Part shown: positions 1 to 9,143 of the stretch, one piece after another | How the letters are laid out: each line of letters starts with the position of its first letter | Numbering within the stretch: the stretch's first letter is position 1 | NCBI GenBank assembly: GCA_016209985.1 | Contig: JACQVB010000226.1 | Location: 1-61,215, forward strand | Reading direction: 5' to 3' | Length of the DNA stretch: 61,215 nt | Source: Gemmatimonadota bacterium | GTDB lineage: Bacteria > Gemmatimonadota > Gemmatimonadetes > Gemmatimonadales > GWC2-71-9 | The notes under the pieces: generated by a model | The model's input: the letters and a program-made list of their open reading frames with translations, nothing else | Told to the model about the DNA's origin: nothing | Database searches by the model: none | Program-made: the position numbers and the translations under genes

Positions 1-2508
1 GCCTCCCGCGAGCTGCCCGATGAGGCCCAGGATCGCGGGGAGCGCGAACTGGTTGGGCACAGGGCTTTCCCGCACCGGCACCACCACCACGGCGCCCGGC
101 TGAGGTTTGCCTTTCTTCTCGATGATCCCGTTGGGTTGCTCGACGTAGGTGCCCTTCTTATCGGCCAGCCGGGCGAATCCGCCCGCAGCATCGACGTAGT
201 AGTCGCGTCCTCTGCCCGGAACATACGTGACCGCGGTCGGCGCGTTGACGCCCCCTTCCACCAGCACGACCGGCAGGAAGCGCGGGATGTGAATCGAGTC
301 ACCGGCAGCGAGCGCCAGATTGTCCTGGTAACGGGCATCCCTGAGCACGCGCTCGAGATTCACGCCGATGCGAGTCAGTCCCGGATCGGTTTCGAAGACA
401 TTGCGCTCGAGGGCTCGCGACTCGGTCTGGTTTTGCAGGCCCTTACCCTTGGGGTGTTCATACTCTCGGCGGAAAAAACGGATGCCGTTGGCGTAGGCGC
501 GCGGGGTGAGCCCGCCCGCCCGCTCGATGAGATCCGTCAGGCGCTCGTCCTTGGTGAGCAGGGTGTAGCGCCCCGGAAACTTGACCTCGCCGGAGAGCAC
601 GATGAGCCGGGGGGACTCGAGGCCCGGCTGCCGGCGGATGAAAATGGCGTCATAAGGTTCCAGCGCGACGACGGGAGCATCGCTCGAGCCGACCGGGCGG
701 CGCACGTAGCCGGTGGCATCCAGCACGTAGGAGGAGTCCAGCGGAGCCTTGAGCACGACGGCGGTGGAGTCGCCGTCACCGGTCCCGTCCAGCCGCACGC
801 GCGAGACCTCGGCCTGGGCCAGATAGGCGTCTTCGGTCGTGCCGCCGGCGAGCAGGAGCGCGTCGCGCAGGGTCATCGAATCGGAAAAGGCCACCACGCC
901 GGGCTTCCGCACCGACCCGTAGACCGATACGTAACGCTCCGGGCGGAACTCGGTGCGGGGATAGATCGTCACGTTGTCCAGCTCAGCCAGGGGCAGGTTG
1001 CTGGAGGCGTTCGTGCTGTCCAGCACTGCGCCGAGCATGCGGCGAGTCGAGTCCGGGAGCGAGCGCACAATCTGGGCGCGGCCGGCATAGGTCTCCGGTC
1101 GCAAGCCACCGGCCATCCGGATCAGGTCCCAGAGTCGCAGGCCGGGGTCGAGCCGGTAGGTGCCGGGTTGCCACACGCTGCCGGCGATGGTGACCGAGCC
1201 GGTCCGCCCCCCGCGTACGGGAAGGACCATGATGCTGTCCTCGGCGTAGAGCGGAATCGAAGGTCGGGTACTGTCGAGCGCGGCCAGCACGGACACGCTG
1301 AGGACCGTATGCTCGCGACCCGGCACGGTGCGCTGCGAGGGCGGAAGAATGCGGTCGATGGTCACGTTTCCGGTGGACGCGCGCGGGGTGAGGCCGCCGG
1401 CCAATTGGAACAGTTCGCGGAGACCTTCGCCGGGCTGGAGCTCGTAGACCGCGGGCCGCATGACCTCGCCGGTGATCTTGACCCGGGGGCCGTGCACCGG
1501 CACGAACACCACGTCGCCGGCGGTGAGCCGGATGTCGGTGGGTACGCTGCCGGTCAACAGATAGCGGTACACGTCCACCGTGCCGATGGAATCGGCGCCG
1601 CGCAGGATCTTGATGTCGCGGAAGTTGGCCCGCTCGGTGAGTCCGCCGGCTTCGTACAGCGCGTTCAGCACGCCGCCCGTGGCGCCGACCAGATAGGCCC
1701 CCGGCCGGGCCACCTCCCCGATCACCCGCACGGCGATCGCCCGGACCTTGCTCACCGTGACGTCGAATTTGGTGCGCGAGTCCGGGCGGCGGGTGAGACC
1801 GGAATAGACCCGGCCCAGGCGGGTAAAGAGGACGCCTCGGAGCTGCTCCATGGAGAGGTTGTTGACGTAGATCTGGCCTACGTCGGGCACGAAGATCGAG
1901 CCCTCGCGAGTGACATCGAGCTGGTAGGCCGTTTCGATCTCTCCCGTGAGCACGAGTACCAAGCCGTCCCCGGGGCCGAGCCGGTAGTTCTGGTCCACCG
2001 GGCCGGAAGCGAGAGCGCGGTATTCGGTCGTCGGTCGCCGGAAGGCATCGAGCCCGAACACGTCGAGCCGCAGGTCCATCCGGCGCTGCAACTCGGTCCG
2101 GACGATCGAATCGATCCTCACCGAGTCCCGCATGCGGTGGACCGCGAGACTGTCGCCGTAGAGGAGAATCGAGTCCCGGGTGACGAAGGATGTGAGGCGG
2201 AGTGCTCGCAGGGCGGCAAGCGTCTGCTCCCCGGCGAACGGCAGGCCGGTCGTGTCACGCTTGATGAACGCGTCCAGGGCTGTGGGCGGGTACCCGGCGG
2301 CGGCGAGGCGCGCGCGGATCTCTTCCGGCGACAGCCCCGAGCTGGAGAGTTGTTGCTGGATCACCGGCCCGAGCGAGGGGTTTTGCTGGACCAGGGTCAC
2401 GGCCTGTTCGGGGGTGAGGCCGCCAGGGATTGCTCCTCCAGCCTGTTGGGCCCGGAGCGCAGGCGCGCTGAAGGCGATAGCGAGGACGAGCGGCGCGGCG
2501 AGTTTCAC
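1..2508 (-). CDS. SLBB-domain polysaccharide export protein (Wza/KpsD-like), 3' end beyond window
   Basis: Manual translation from GTG 2508 gives a signal-like start, MKLAAPLVLAIAFSAPALRAQQ. It contains YRLGPGDGLVLVLTG (poly_export) and repeated V.GEV.RP/G.Y SLBB motifs. It is absent from the ORF track because no stop lies in the window. Confidence 0.85.
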   Translation of the reverse strand, partial: MKLAAPLVLAIAFSAPALRAQQAGGAIPGGLTPEQAVTLVQQNPSLGPVIQQQLSSSGLSPEEIRARLAAAGYPPTALDAFIKRDTTGLPFAGEQTLAALRALRLTSFVTRDSILLYGDSLAVHRMRDSVRIDSIVRTELQRRMDLRLDVFGLDAFRRPTTEYRALASGPVDQNYRLGPGDGLVLVLTGEIETAYQLDVTREGSIFVPDVGQIYVNNLSMEQLRGVLFTRLGRVYSGLTRRPDSRTKFDVTVSKVRAIAVRVIGEVARPGAYLVGATGGVLNALYEAGGLTERANFRDIKILRGADSIGTVDVYRYLLTGSVPTDIRLTAGDVVFVPVHGPRVKITGEVMRPAVYELQPGEGLRELFQLAGGLTPRASTGNVTIDRILPPSQRTVPGREHTVLSVSVLAALDSTRPSIPLYAEDSIMVLPVRGGRTGSVTIAGSVWQPGTYRLDPGLRLWDLIRMAGGLRPETYAGRAQIVRSLPDSTRRMLGAVLDSTNASSNLPLAELDNVTIYPRTEFRPERYVSVYGSVRKPGVVAFSDSMTLRDALLLAGGTTEDAYLAQAEVSRVRLDGTGDGDSTAVVLKAPLDSSYVLDATGYVRRPVGSSDAPVVALEPYDAIFIRRQPGLESPRLIVLSGEVKFPGRYTLLTKDERLTDLIERAGGLTPRAYANGIRFFRREYEHPKGKGLQNQTESRALERNVFETDPGLTRIGVNLERVLRDARYQDNLALAAGDSIHIPRFLPVVLVEGGVNAPTAVTYVPGRGRDYYVDAAGGFARLADKKGTYVEQPNGIIEKKGKPQPGAVVVVPVRESPVPNQFALPAILGLIGQLAGG

Positions 2509-2568
2509 GGCGCCGTAATGTACTTTGTGATGCAAAGTAGTCAACCTGACGGTAAGGTTAGGGCGGGG

Positions 2569-2598
2569 AGTATCACTGGTTAAGTGACGGGAGGTCAA
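2569..2598 (-). promoter_or_regulatory. Putative sigma70 promoter for the SLBB gene
   Basis: Minus strand TTGACC-18nt-GATACT, about 60 nt upstream of the GTG. Confidence 0.35.
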
Positions 2599-2611
2599 GG
2601 GAATACGACAA

Positions 2612-2651
2612 TGTGAGCGGTGAGCAGCGAGCGGAACGGTCACCGCTCACA
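2612..2651. repeat. 7-mer (GTGAGCG-type) tandem array with short inverted arm
   Basis: tgtgagcggtgagcagcgagcgg...tcaccgctcaca; contains the stop codon of the upstream GT. Confidence 0.6.
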
Positions 2652-3945
2652 GCTTCGCAAATACGTCCGCGACCTTCCTGGCAAAGGCTCTCGCCGAGAA
2701 ATGGTCTTCCGCCCGCACCCGTCCCAAATGCCCAATCTGCCAAAGTTCTTCTCGCGCAAGGGACAATGCACGCCTGAGGGACGAAGACAACGACGCGGCA
2801 TCTCTTGGTGGAACCAGCCACCCGCCAACGGAAACCCCTTTTGCATTCTGCGCACTGCGCACTTGTCCCTCTGCGTTCTGCGTACTGCGCACTCCCTCCA
2901 GGATCTCCAACGGTCCGCCTTCGGCAGCCGCCAGCACCGGCACGCCGCAGGCCATCGACTCGAGAATGACCCGCCCGAATGGCTCGGGCCGAAGCGAGTA
3001 ATGCACGGTCACGTCCAGCTCGGGATAGACCAGCTCGATCCTCGGTTGAAAGCCGAGGATGTGGAATTGTGGGGCAGCGCGGCCGAGGTTCGAGAGCCGG
3101 ATACTTTCGTGCAGTGCCTCGCCGAACTCGCGTTCCGCGATCGTGTCGTAGATGCTTCCGCCCACGAAGACCAGATGTGCGTCGGGAATGCTTTCCGCGA
3201 TGGATCGGAACGCTTCGATGACGACCTCGTGTCCCTTCCACCGGGCGAAGACCGCGGGCATGCCGACCAGACGGGCCGGAGCGGGAATCCCTAGCGCTTG
3301 GTGAATCCATCCGGTGCGCTCGCGAGGCTTGAAACGATCCAGATCGACGCCGTTGGGGACGACCACCAGACGGTCGGACGGTCGGGCGGTCGGACGGTTG
3401 GTGCCGGTTTCCGCGGCTATCTGACCGTCTGACCGTCTGACCGTCTGACCGTCCCATGCCTCCGCCACCGCCTTCGAATTCGCGATGAGTGCATCCGGCA
3501 CCCGCCTCGCGAGCATCTTCCACGCGCGCCCGGTCGTCTGGGGCGGGAATTCGTGGAGATGCCACACGACCTTTTTGCCGAACGGCAAGGTCGTGGCGAG
3601 ATGGCTTTTGAATCCCACCGAGTAGAGGACGTTGGCTTCCTGGCAGAACTTGTGGCTCCGGAGCGAGCGGGCCCACAGCGGCAAAGCCATCGCGGCGGGA
3701 AGAGCGGACCAGAGCCTGCCACGCTGCTGCGACCCGCGCAACATGATTTTCGGAGCGGGCACGACTCTGGCGGGGACGCCCGATTGGTTGAGGAGCTCGA
3801 TCAGCGGTCCATCTCGCGGCACCAGGACCCGCAGCGCGATGTCGTGCTCGAAGGCCCGTTCGGCAAAATCCAACAACACGCGTTCGGTGCCGCCGAGCTG
3901 GGCCGAGGCGGCGAGGGCGGTGACCCGAAGTGGAGTGGCGGTCAT
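2647..3945 (-). CDS. Glycosyltransferase family 4
   Basis: GGTERV, VVPNGVD, RWKGH and EPFGRVILESMACGVPV motifs; start reassigned to ATG 3945; carries two repeat-derived in-frame insertions. Confidence 0.9.
   Translation of the reverse strand: MTATPLRVTALAASAQLGGTERVLLDFAERAFEHDIALRVLVPRDGPLIELLNQSGVPARVVPAPKIMLRGSQQRGRLWSALPAAMALPLWARSLRSHKFCQEANVLYSVGFKSHLATTLPFGKKVVWHLHEFPPQTTGRAWKMLARRVPDALIANSKAVAEAWDGQTVRRSDGQIAAETGTNRPTARPSDRLVVVPNGVDLDRFKPRERTGWIHQALGIPAPARLVGMPAVFARWKGHEVVIEAFRSIAESIPDAHLVFVGGSIYDTIAEREFGEALHESIRLSNLGRAAPQFHILGFQPRIELVYPELDVTVHYSLRPEPFGRVILESMACGVPVLAAAEGGPLEILEGVRSTQNAEGQVRSAQNAKGVSVGGWLVPPRDAASLSSSLRRALSLAREELWQIGHLGRVRAEDHFSARAFARKVADVFAKL
2840..2893. repeat. In-frame 7-mer (CTGCGCA-type) array inside GT4
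   Basis: Two blocks, ttgcattctgcgcactgcgcact and ctgcgttctgcgtactgcgcact, encoding VRSTQNAEGQVRSAQNAKG. Confidence 0.75.
3368..3454. repeat. In-frame 8-mer (GACGGTCR) inverted-repeat hairpin inside GT4
   Basis: (gacggtcg)x4-like arm, 19-nt loop, (ctgaccgt)x4 arm; encodes DGQTVRRSDGQIAAETGTNRPTARPSDR. Confidence 0.9.
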
Positions 3946-3958
3946 GGGGCGAGGCGGC

Positions 3959-4087
3959 AAGAGGTAAAGAGTAAGAACGAGTGAAGAGGGAAGAGTAAAG
4001 CAACCCCGCGTTGATGCGCGGAATCGGCAACCAAGCAGCCGTGGAAGAGTTTTGCTCTTCCCTCTTCCCTCTTCACTCTTCACTCTC
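3959..4087. repeat. Intergenic 7-mer (GTGAAGA/GGGAAGA) inverted-repeat pair
   Basis: gagtgaagagggaagagtaaa ... tttgctcttccctcttccctcttcactcttcactctc. Confidence 0.85.
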
Positions 4088-5242
4088 TCAATGGAGGAGT
4101 GTCCGGTACAGTTCCGCCGTCCTCCGTGCCGTTTCCACCCACCGGAATTTCTTGGCGCGCTCCAGCCCCCGCCTGACCAGTTGTTCGCGCCAGGTCGCAT
4201 TCATGGTGAGGCGGCGCAGGGCCACGACGTACGGCTCCACCTCCCGCCCGCCAACCACGATGGCCGCGTCTCCCGCCACCTCCGCCAGTCCGCCCGCGCC
4301 CGAGGTCACCACCGGTAGCCCCGACGCCATGGCCTCGAGCACCGGGAAACCGAATCCTTCGTAGTGGGAGGGGAAGAGCAGCACGTCGGCCGCGCGATAC
4401 GCGGCCCGGAGTTCGGTTTCCGCCGCTTCGCCGACGGTGCGTACCCGGGCGGCAATACCGCGGGCGGCAAGATCGACCCGCTGATCGGGCGTGAGCGTGC
4501 CACCGACCTGGAGCAGCCAGGCGTCGGTGCCGCTGGCGCGGAGGCCGTGCACCGCCGCGATGACGGCGGGGAGATTCTTTCGCGGTCCCACGCTGCCGAC
4601 GTGCAGCACCACAAACGCGCTCTGGGGGATGTCGAGGCGTTTCCGGGTTGCCTCCGGTGTCTCCCCGGTCCGGGTGAGAAATCCATCGTCCACGCCGAAG
4701 GGAATCACGTGGATCCGATCTTCGTGGCCCAGCCAGTCGGCCAGCTCGGAGCGCATCCACTCAGTGGCGACGATCCATGCGTCCGCCCGCCGGAGCGCAT
4801 TCAGCACCCATTCCAGCAGGCGGTTCCGGATCCGGTCTCGGAAGCCGGCGGCGCCACGCTCGACCGTCAAGACGGGCAGCAGGTCGTGGACGGTGACGAT
4901 GGTCGGCGCTTGCCGGCCGGCGCGCAGCACGTGCGCATAGGAATGATCCAGCACGTGGATCAGGTCCGCCCGCTGGGAACGGACTCGGCGGGGATAGCGG
5001 TAATAGCGCGCCAGGTAGCGGCGGGCTTCCTGAAATCCGGGCGCGGGAAGCAGCGGGAGCGGAATCGGGCCCGAGCGATTGCGGCGGCCGCCGTCGGTGG
5101 TGAGTCCCGCGATTTGGCCGGCGAGCCGCACCTCGAGGTCGGTGGCATAGCGGCGGAGGTGCTCGGTCAGCCGGGACGCATAGCGGTCCATCGACGGCCA
5201 GCGCTCGAGGGGGAGATCCGGCACCAGAAGAACTCTATACAC
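4088..5242 (-). CDS. Glycosyltransferase family 4
   Basis: TVHDL, PRKNL and EGFGFPVLEAMASGLPVV motifs; start reassigned to GTG 5242. Confidence 0.9.
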   Translation of the reverse strand: MYRVLLVPDLPLERWPSMDRYASRLTEHLRRYATDLEVRLAGQIAGLTTDGGRRNRSGPIPLPLLPAPGFQEARRYLARYYRYPRRVRSQRADLIHVLDHSYAHVLRAGRQAPTIVTVHDLLPVLTVERGAAGFRDRIRNRLLEWVLNALRRADAWIVATEWMRSELADWLGHEDRIHVIPFGVDDGFLTRTGETPEATRKRLDIPQSAFVVLHVGSVGPRKNLPAVIAAVHGLRASGTDAWLLQVGGTLTPDQRVDLAARGIAARVRTVGEAAETELRAAYRAADVLLFPSHYEGFGFPVLEAMASGLPVVTSGAGGLAEVAGDAAIVVGGREVEPYVVALRRLTMNATWREQLVRRGLERAKKFRWVETARRTAELYRTLLH

Positions 5243-5255
5243 TTGCACACACAAC

Positions 5256-5292
5256 GGCGTGAAGAGTGTAGAGTGAAGAGGGAAAAGTACTA
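5256..5292. repeat. 37-bp inverted repeat, left arm flanking the four-helix-bundle gene
   Basis: ggcgtgaagagtgtagagtgaagagggaaaagtacta; 32/37 match to the reverse complement of 5739-5775. Confidence 0.9.
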
Positions 5293-5649
5293 CTGTTTGC
5301 GCGTAAGCCTCTTGAGCAACCCGATGAGGAGCTTGATGAGCAGATCGGTGTCTTCTTGAAGGCGCTTCTGTTCTGTAGGATCCAGTAGCTCCATCTCGGC
5401 AGCCAGCTCGATATGCCAGGCGAGTTCGCACGCTGAGCCGAACGCAATCCGCAGGCAGCGAACCAATTGCCTGGGTGTACCGAGTGCATAGCCTTCGACA
5501 ATATTAGCTGGAATGGACGCGGCCGCGCGGCGGATTTGATCCGCGAGGCCAAAGTGCCGTCGTAACGGTTGTTGCATGGTGGCACGATAGGCTGCTCGTG
5601 CGACATCCTTAGCGTGGGTCCACGCTTTGAGAGTTCCGAGCGATTGCAT
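5290..5649 (-). CDS. Four helix bundle protein (23S rRNA intervening-sequence protein family)
   Basis: 119 aa with family motifs LKAW, FGLADQIRRAAASIPANIVEG and LRIAFGSACEL; lower GC than neighbouring genes. Confidence 0.9.
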   Translation of the reverse strand: MQSLGTLKAWTHAKDVARAAYRATMQQPLRRHFGLADQIRRAAASIPANIVEGYALGTPRQLVRCLRIAFGSACELAWHIELAAEMELLDPTEQKRLQEDTDLLIKLLIGLLKRLTRKQ

Positions 5650-5738
5650 GCACCCAATTCCGCAGCCAGCAGCGAAAGTGCATCATCATTTCCTTGCAGC
5701 TCGTGGCAAATTGTCTCACTCGGCTCTGGCCTTTCGGT

Positions 5739-5775
5739 TAGTACTCTTCCCTCTAAACTCTTCACCCTTCACGCC
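5739..5775. repeat. 37-bp inverted repeat, right arm flanking the four-helix-bundle gene
   Basis: tagtactcttccctctaaactcttcacccttcacgcc; supplies the stop codon of the upstream membrane protein. Confidence 0.9.
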
Positions 5776-7132
5776 TTTGTTCTTCTAGCATGGCAAGCTT
5801 TAAGAGCGTTCCGAGCAGATACCACCAGATAATCCCATGCGGTGCGGACGCGAATGGGGACCCGATCAATACACCCAGGCCGGTGGTAATGAGCAGCGGC
5901 GCGATGCCGAGCGCGAGGTCTTCCGCTTCCGTACCCGCCAGCACTCTCGCCGCGCGAGCGGCATAGGGCAGCAGGCCGGCGATGATGAGGAACAGGAGGA
6001 GGATGCCGATGATGCCCATTTCCACCGCGGCGCGCCCGATATCGCCGTCGCTGCCCATGAAGAATCCGGTTGGCTGAGAGGTGAAGATGCTGAAGGGGAC
6101 GCCGACGCCGCTGCGTCCCAGGCCCAGGCCGAGCGGATGCGCGAGCAGCGCGCGAATCGCGATGGTGACCGGTGCCGCGACGTAGCGCCAGAACAGGCCT
6201 TCTTCCAGCAGAATGGTCCGGAACCGCTCGAGCGCGCCTCCCGAGGTAAAGAGCGACGCCACATGGAAGGCCCCGATGAGAATGGGGAGCAGGAGAATCT
6301 GTCCGGCGCTCAACCGCCGGAACCAGGCGACCAGGACCAGGCCCGCCATCAGGATGATCAGGGCCGCCCGGGTGCCCGAGACCGTCATCCCGAAGAACAG
6401 GAGTGGGACCAGCAACGCGGCCAGCAGACGACGCTTCTTGGGGAGGAGTCGCCCCACCGCGATACCCATCGCGAGCAGGGCGCCGAAGACCATCATCATG
6501 GCGAACGGGGCAGGGAAGGTGAAGGTCGAGAACGCGCGGAACCCGGTGCGTCCGGTGCCCTCGATGAAGTAGAACGTGCTGCTCCCGTGCCGGAGCTGAG
6601 CCAATCCGCCGATGTTGAGCGCCGCTTGCGGGCCGGCCTGGTACTGGAGAATCCCGTAAATCGCGGTGCTGAAGCACAGGACGAGAATGGTGCCGATGTA
6701 GGCGCGCGCCTGGCCGGCGTTGCGAATGACGGAGAGTGCCATCAGGCAGCCCATGGGAAATTCCGCCCAGGCTCTCAACCCGGCGAGCTGCACCACCAGC
6801 GGGGCCGTGGGATAGAGCAGGTACGCCGCGGGCACGATCCCGACGGCGAGCAGGATGTAGGGGACGCGCCCCGGGCCCCGGATCGGCTCGTGCCGAACGG
6901 CGAGGGTGCCGAACCAGGCGGCAGCGGCGGCCATGAAACACGCATCGGCGAGCGCATAGGGAATGGCCCCGCCGATCCGGTCCTTGAGGTAGCCCTGGAA
7001 CGTCGCGGCCACGATGCTGCCCAGCACACCGAGGTGCACCAGTTGGTCCCGCCGGAAGATGTCGGTCCACTGATTTCGCAGCGGCGTGTCCTGGTCGCCG
7101 TATGTCGGGAGGGCATTGGGGAACGAGGTCAT
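5762..7132 (-). CDS. Wzy polymerase / O-antigen ligase-like membrane protein
   Basis: About 11-12 hydrophobic segments; RAFSTF, SGTRAAL and HPLGLGLG motifs; located in a glycan cluster. Confidence 0.75.
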   Translation of the reverse strand: MTSFPNALPTYGDQDTPLRNQWTDIFRRDQLVHLGVLGSIVAATFQGYLKDRIGGAIPYALADACFMAAAAAWFGTLAVRHEPIRGPGRVPYILLAVGIVPAAYLLYPTAPLVVQLAGLRAWAEFPMGCLMALSVIRNAGQARAYIGTILVLCFSTAIYGILQYQAGPQAALNIGGLAQLRHGSSTFYFIEGTGRTGFRAFSTFTFPAPFAMMMVFGALLAMGIAVGRLLPKKRRLLAALLVPLLFFGMTVSGTRAALIILMAGLVLVAWFRRLSAGQILLLPILIGAFHVASLFTSGGALERFRTILLEEGLFWRYVAAPVTIAIRALLAHPLGLGLGRSGVGVPFSIFTSQPTGFFMGSDGDIGRAAVEMGIIGILLLFLIIAGLLPYAARAARVLAGTEAEDLALGIAPLLITTGLGVLIGSPFASAPHGIIWWYLLGTLLKLAMLEEQRREG

Positions 7133-7986
7133 CGCGCCGAGCGCCGCGCCACGACCCGGGTCAGGTCACGCCCGAGGACGGCCCTCCGGCTCACGCCGGC
7201 GCCATCCAATCCGCAGAGCCGATACCCGGCATCATCGAGCAGGTCGAGGGTCTTGCCGGGATCGCGCCCCCGCTCGCGCAACATCGCGTTATGCAGTTCC
7301 ACAAAGAGCACCGGGGCGCGGTCCCGCGAGAGTGCCGCGCCCGCGCCGCGCAGGGCCTCGACCTCGGTGCCTTCGACATCGATCTTGACGTGCGTGGGCC
7401 AGATTCCTCGCTCCTCGGCCAGGCCATCCACGGTAACCGCGGGAACCGTGCGGCGCTCCGCCGTGCCGTACGTTTCGGTGGCCGGCGAAAAGTAGCCGGC
7501 CGCGATCACGCCGACCGGAATCATGTCGCGGGTGCCGGGTCGATCGGCGATGGCGGCCTCGACCACCGCGATCTGCGTTCCCGCTCCGTTCATCGTCGCC
7601 TGCTGTCGCAGGATCCGGCACGCGAAGGCCGACGGCTCGACCGCGACGGCGCGGGCACCGGGGCCGCCATAGTGCGCCGCGGCGAGCGAGAAGAGCCCGA
7701 AGTGCGCGCCCAGGTCGAACAGGACCATGTCGTGCTCGCAGGATCGCACGAACGCATCGAGCTCGCGCGCCTGCTCCGGGTCGTGAACGTGGGCTCGATA
7801 CCCGAGTCGATAGGCACCGGGATGGCAGCGGACGCGCCAGCCGGGCCGGATCTCCTCGACCCGGTCTCTCCCCGCATGGTGCAACAGCTCATCCCAGGCC
7901 CAGGCGGCGGTGGCGCGGGGCGAGCGCACCCAGTTGCGCGCGCTGCGCGGAAGGATCCGCCCGAACCGGCGGAGCGCATCGCTCAC
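7129..7986 (-). CDS. FkbM family methyltransferase
   Basis: FDLGAHFG, AVEPS and VKIDVEGTEVEALRG; GTG start overlaps the upstream stop (GTGA). Confidence 0.9.
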   Translation of the reverse strand: MSDALRRFGRILPRSARNWVRSPRATAAWAWDELLHHAGRDRVEEIRPGWRVRCHPGAYRLGYRAHVHDPEQARELDAFVRSCEHDMVLFDLGAHFGLFSLAAAHYGGPGARAVAVEPSAFACRILRQQATMNGAGTQIAVVEAAIADRPGTRDMIPVGVIAAGYFSPATETYGTAERRTVPAVTVDGLAEERGIWPTHVKIDVEGTEVEALRGAGAALSRDRAPVLFVELHNAMLRERGRDPGKTLDLLDDAGYRLCGLDGAGVSRRAVLGRDLTRVVARRSAR

Positions 7987-9143
7987 GCCGGCAGCCGCGA
8001 GGCGAGTGCCTGCTGCAGCCGCTCGATCTGGCGCGCAGGGTCGCACAGCAGGCGGGCGCGGGCGGGACCGGCGGCGCCCAGGGCGCTCCGCGCTGCCGGA
8101 TCGGCCAGCAGCACGCGCAGAGCGTCCGCGAGTGCGACCGGATCACCGGGCGGAAGCAGGGCGCCACAGGTGAGATCCACCACCTCGCTGGCACCGCCGA
8201 TCGCGGACGTCACGACCGGGAGTCCGGCGTACAACGCTTCGATGAACGTGATGCCGAAAGATTCCGGAGTGACGTTCGGCTGGCAATAGATGTCGGCGGC
8301 GCACATCAACTCCCGAACGTCGGTGTGTTCGCCCAGAAAGCGCACCCGGCCGGCCAGCCCGAGCCGCGCGGCGGTGATACCGAGAGAGCCGACATAGGAG
8401 ACTTCCGCCTCGCGCTGGGGCCCGCCCACTTGCCACGCGACCCATTCACGCCGGTCGTTCAAGTGGGCCAACGCCTCCAGCATGATGCGGTGTCCCTTGC
8501 CCGGCTCCATCCGGCCGACCTGCAGGATGACCACCGTTCCCTCGGGTACGCCCAGCGCGCCGCGCAATCGCCCCCGTGCCGAGGCAGCGGCGGGAGGCGG
8601 AGGCGGCACCGGTGGATGAACGACGACCTGGGGAACACTCAACCCGGTGCGTGCAACCGCAGTGGCCGTGAAGTGACTGTTACAGATCGCCAGGTCGGGG
8701 CTCGTCCGCCGGGCCCACCGGTCCAGCCAGTGCTGCTCCTGAGGCGCCGCATGAAACCACCGAAGGACCCGTACGCGAGCGGACTGCACGGCCGAGCCGA
8801 AGACCGCCTGCGACCAGCCCGAGTGAAAAACCGCGAAGTCCGGGCGTTGCTGCTGCAGCAGCGCGGCGAGGCGGCGGCGTGCGCGCCAGACCGTCCAGGG
8901 GCGACTGACCCGGGCGGGTCCGAGAAAATCCACCCGGCTGCCGAGGGCGTGGAGCTCCTCGCTCAGGCGCCCGTCGAAACAAACCGCGAAGGACGACTGC
9001 AATTGCTCCTTATCCGCGGACCGTACCAGGGTCGCGAGCATGGACTCGATGCCGCCGTACAGGTTGCCGCTATGCACATGCAGCAGTCTGATTGGCAGGT
9101 TGCCTGATGGCTGATGGCTGATGGCTGGTGGCTCCAGCGTCAT
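7983..9143 (-). CDS. Glycosyltransferase family 4
   Basis: YGGIES, GRMEPGKG and ESFGITFIEALYAGLPVV. Confidence 0.9.
   Translation of the reverse strand: MTLEPPAISHQPSGNLPIRLLHVHSGNLYGGIESMLATLVRSADKEQLQSSFAVCFDGRLSEELHALGSRVDFLGPARVSRPWTVWRARRRLAALLQQQRPDFAVFHSGWSQAVFGSAVQSARVRVLRWFHAAPQEQHWLDRWARRTSPDLAICNSHFTATAVARTGLSVPQVVVHPPVPPPPPAAASARGRLRGALGVPEGTVVILQVGRMEPGKGHRIMLEALAHLNDRREWVAWQVGGPQREAEVSYVGSLGITAARLGLAGRVRFLGEHTDVRELMCAADIYCQPNVTPESFGITFIEALYAGLPVVTSAIGGASEVVDLTCGALLPPGDPVALADALRVLLADPAARSALGAAGPARARLLCDPARQIERLQQALASRLPA
9104..9133. repeat. In-frame 7-mer (CTGATGG)x4 array at a GT N-terminus
   Basis: ctgatggctgatggctgatggctggtggct, encoding PPAISHQPSG. Confidence 0.8.

Noticed and set aside
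136-2583. 815-aa plus-strand ORF
   Set aside because: Antisense shadow of the SLBB gene; no motifs, and such shadows are typical of high-GC DNA
3368-3454. General strand bias of G-U wobble pairs in the hairpins
   Set aside because: This hairpin's mismatches are G-T on the + strand, but the 5256/5739 and 49215 pairs favour the other strand, so no consistent rule emerges
5290-5649. Diversity-generating retroelement (Avd-like gene)
   Set aside because: No reverse transcriptase and no TR/VR pair with adenine-specific mismatches seen in the window
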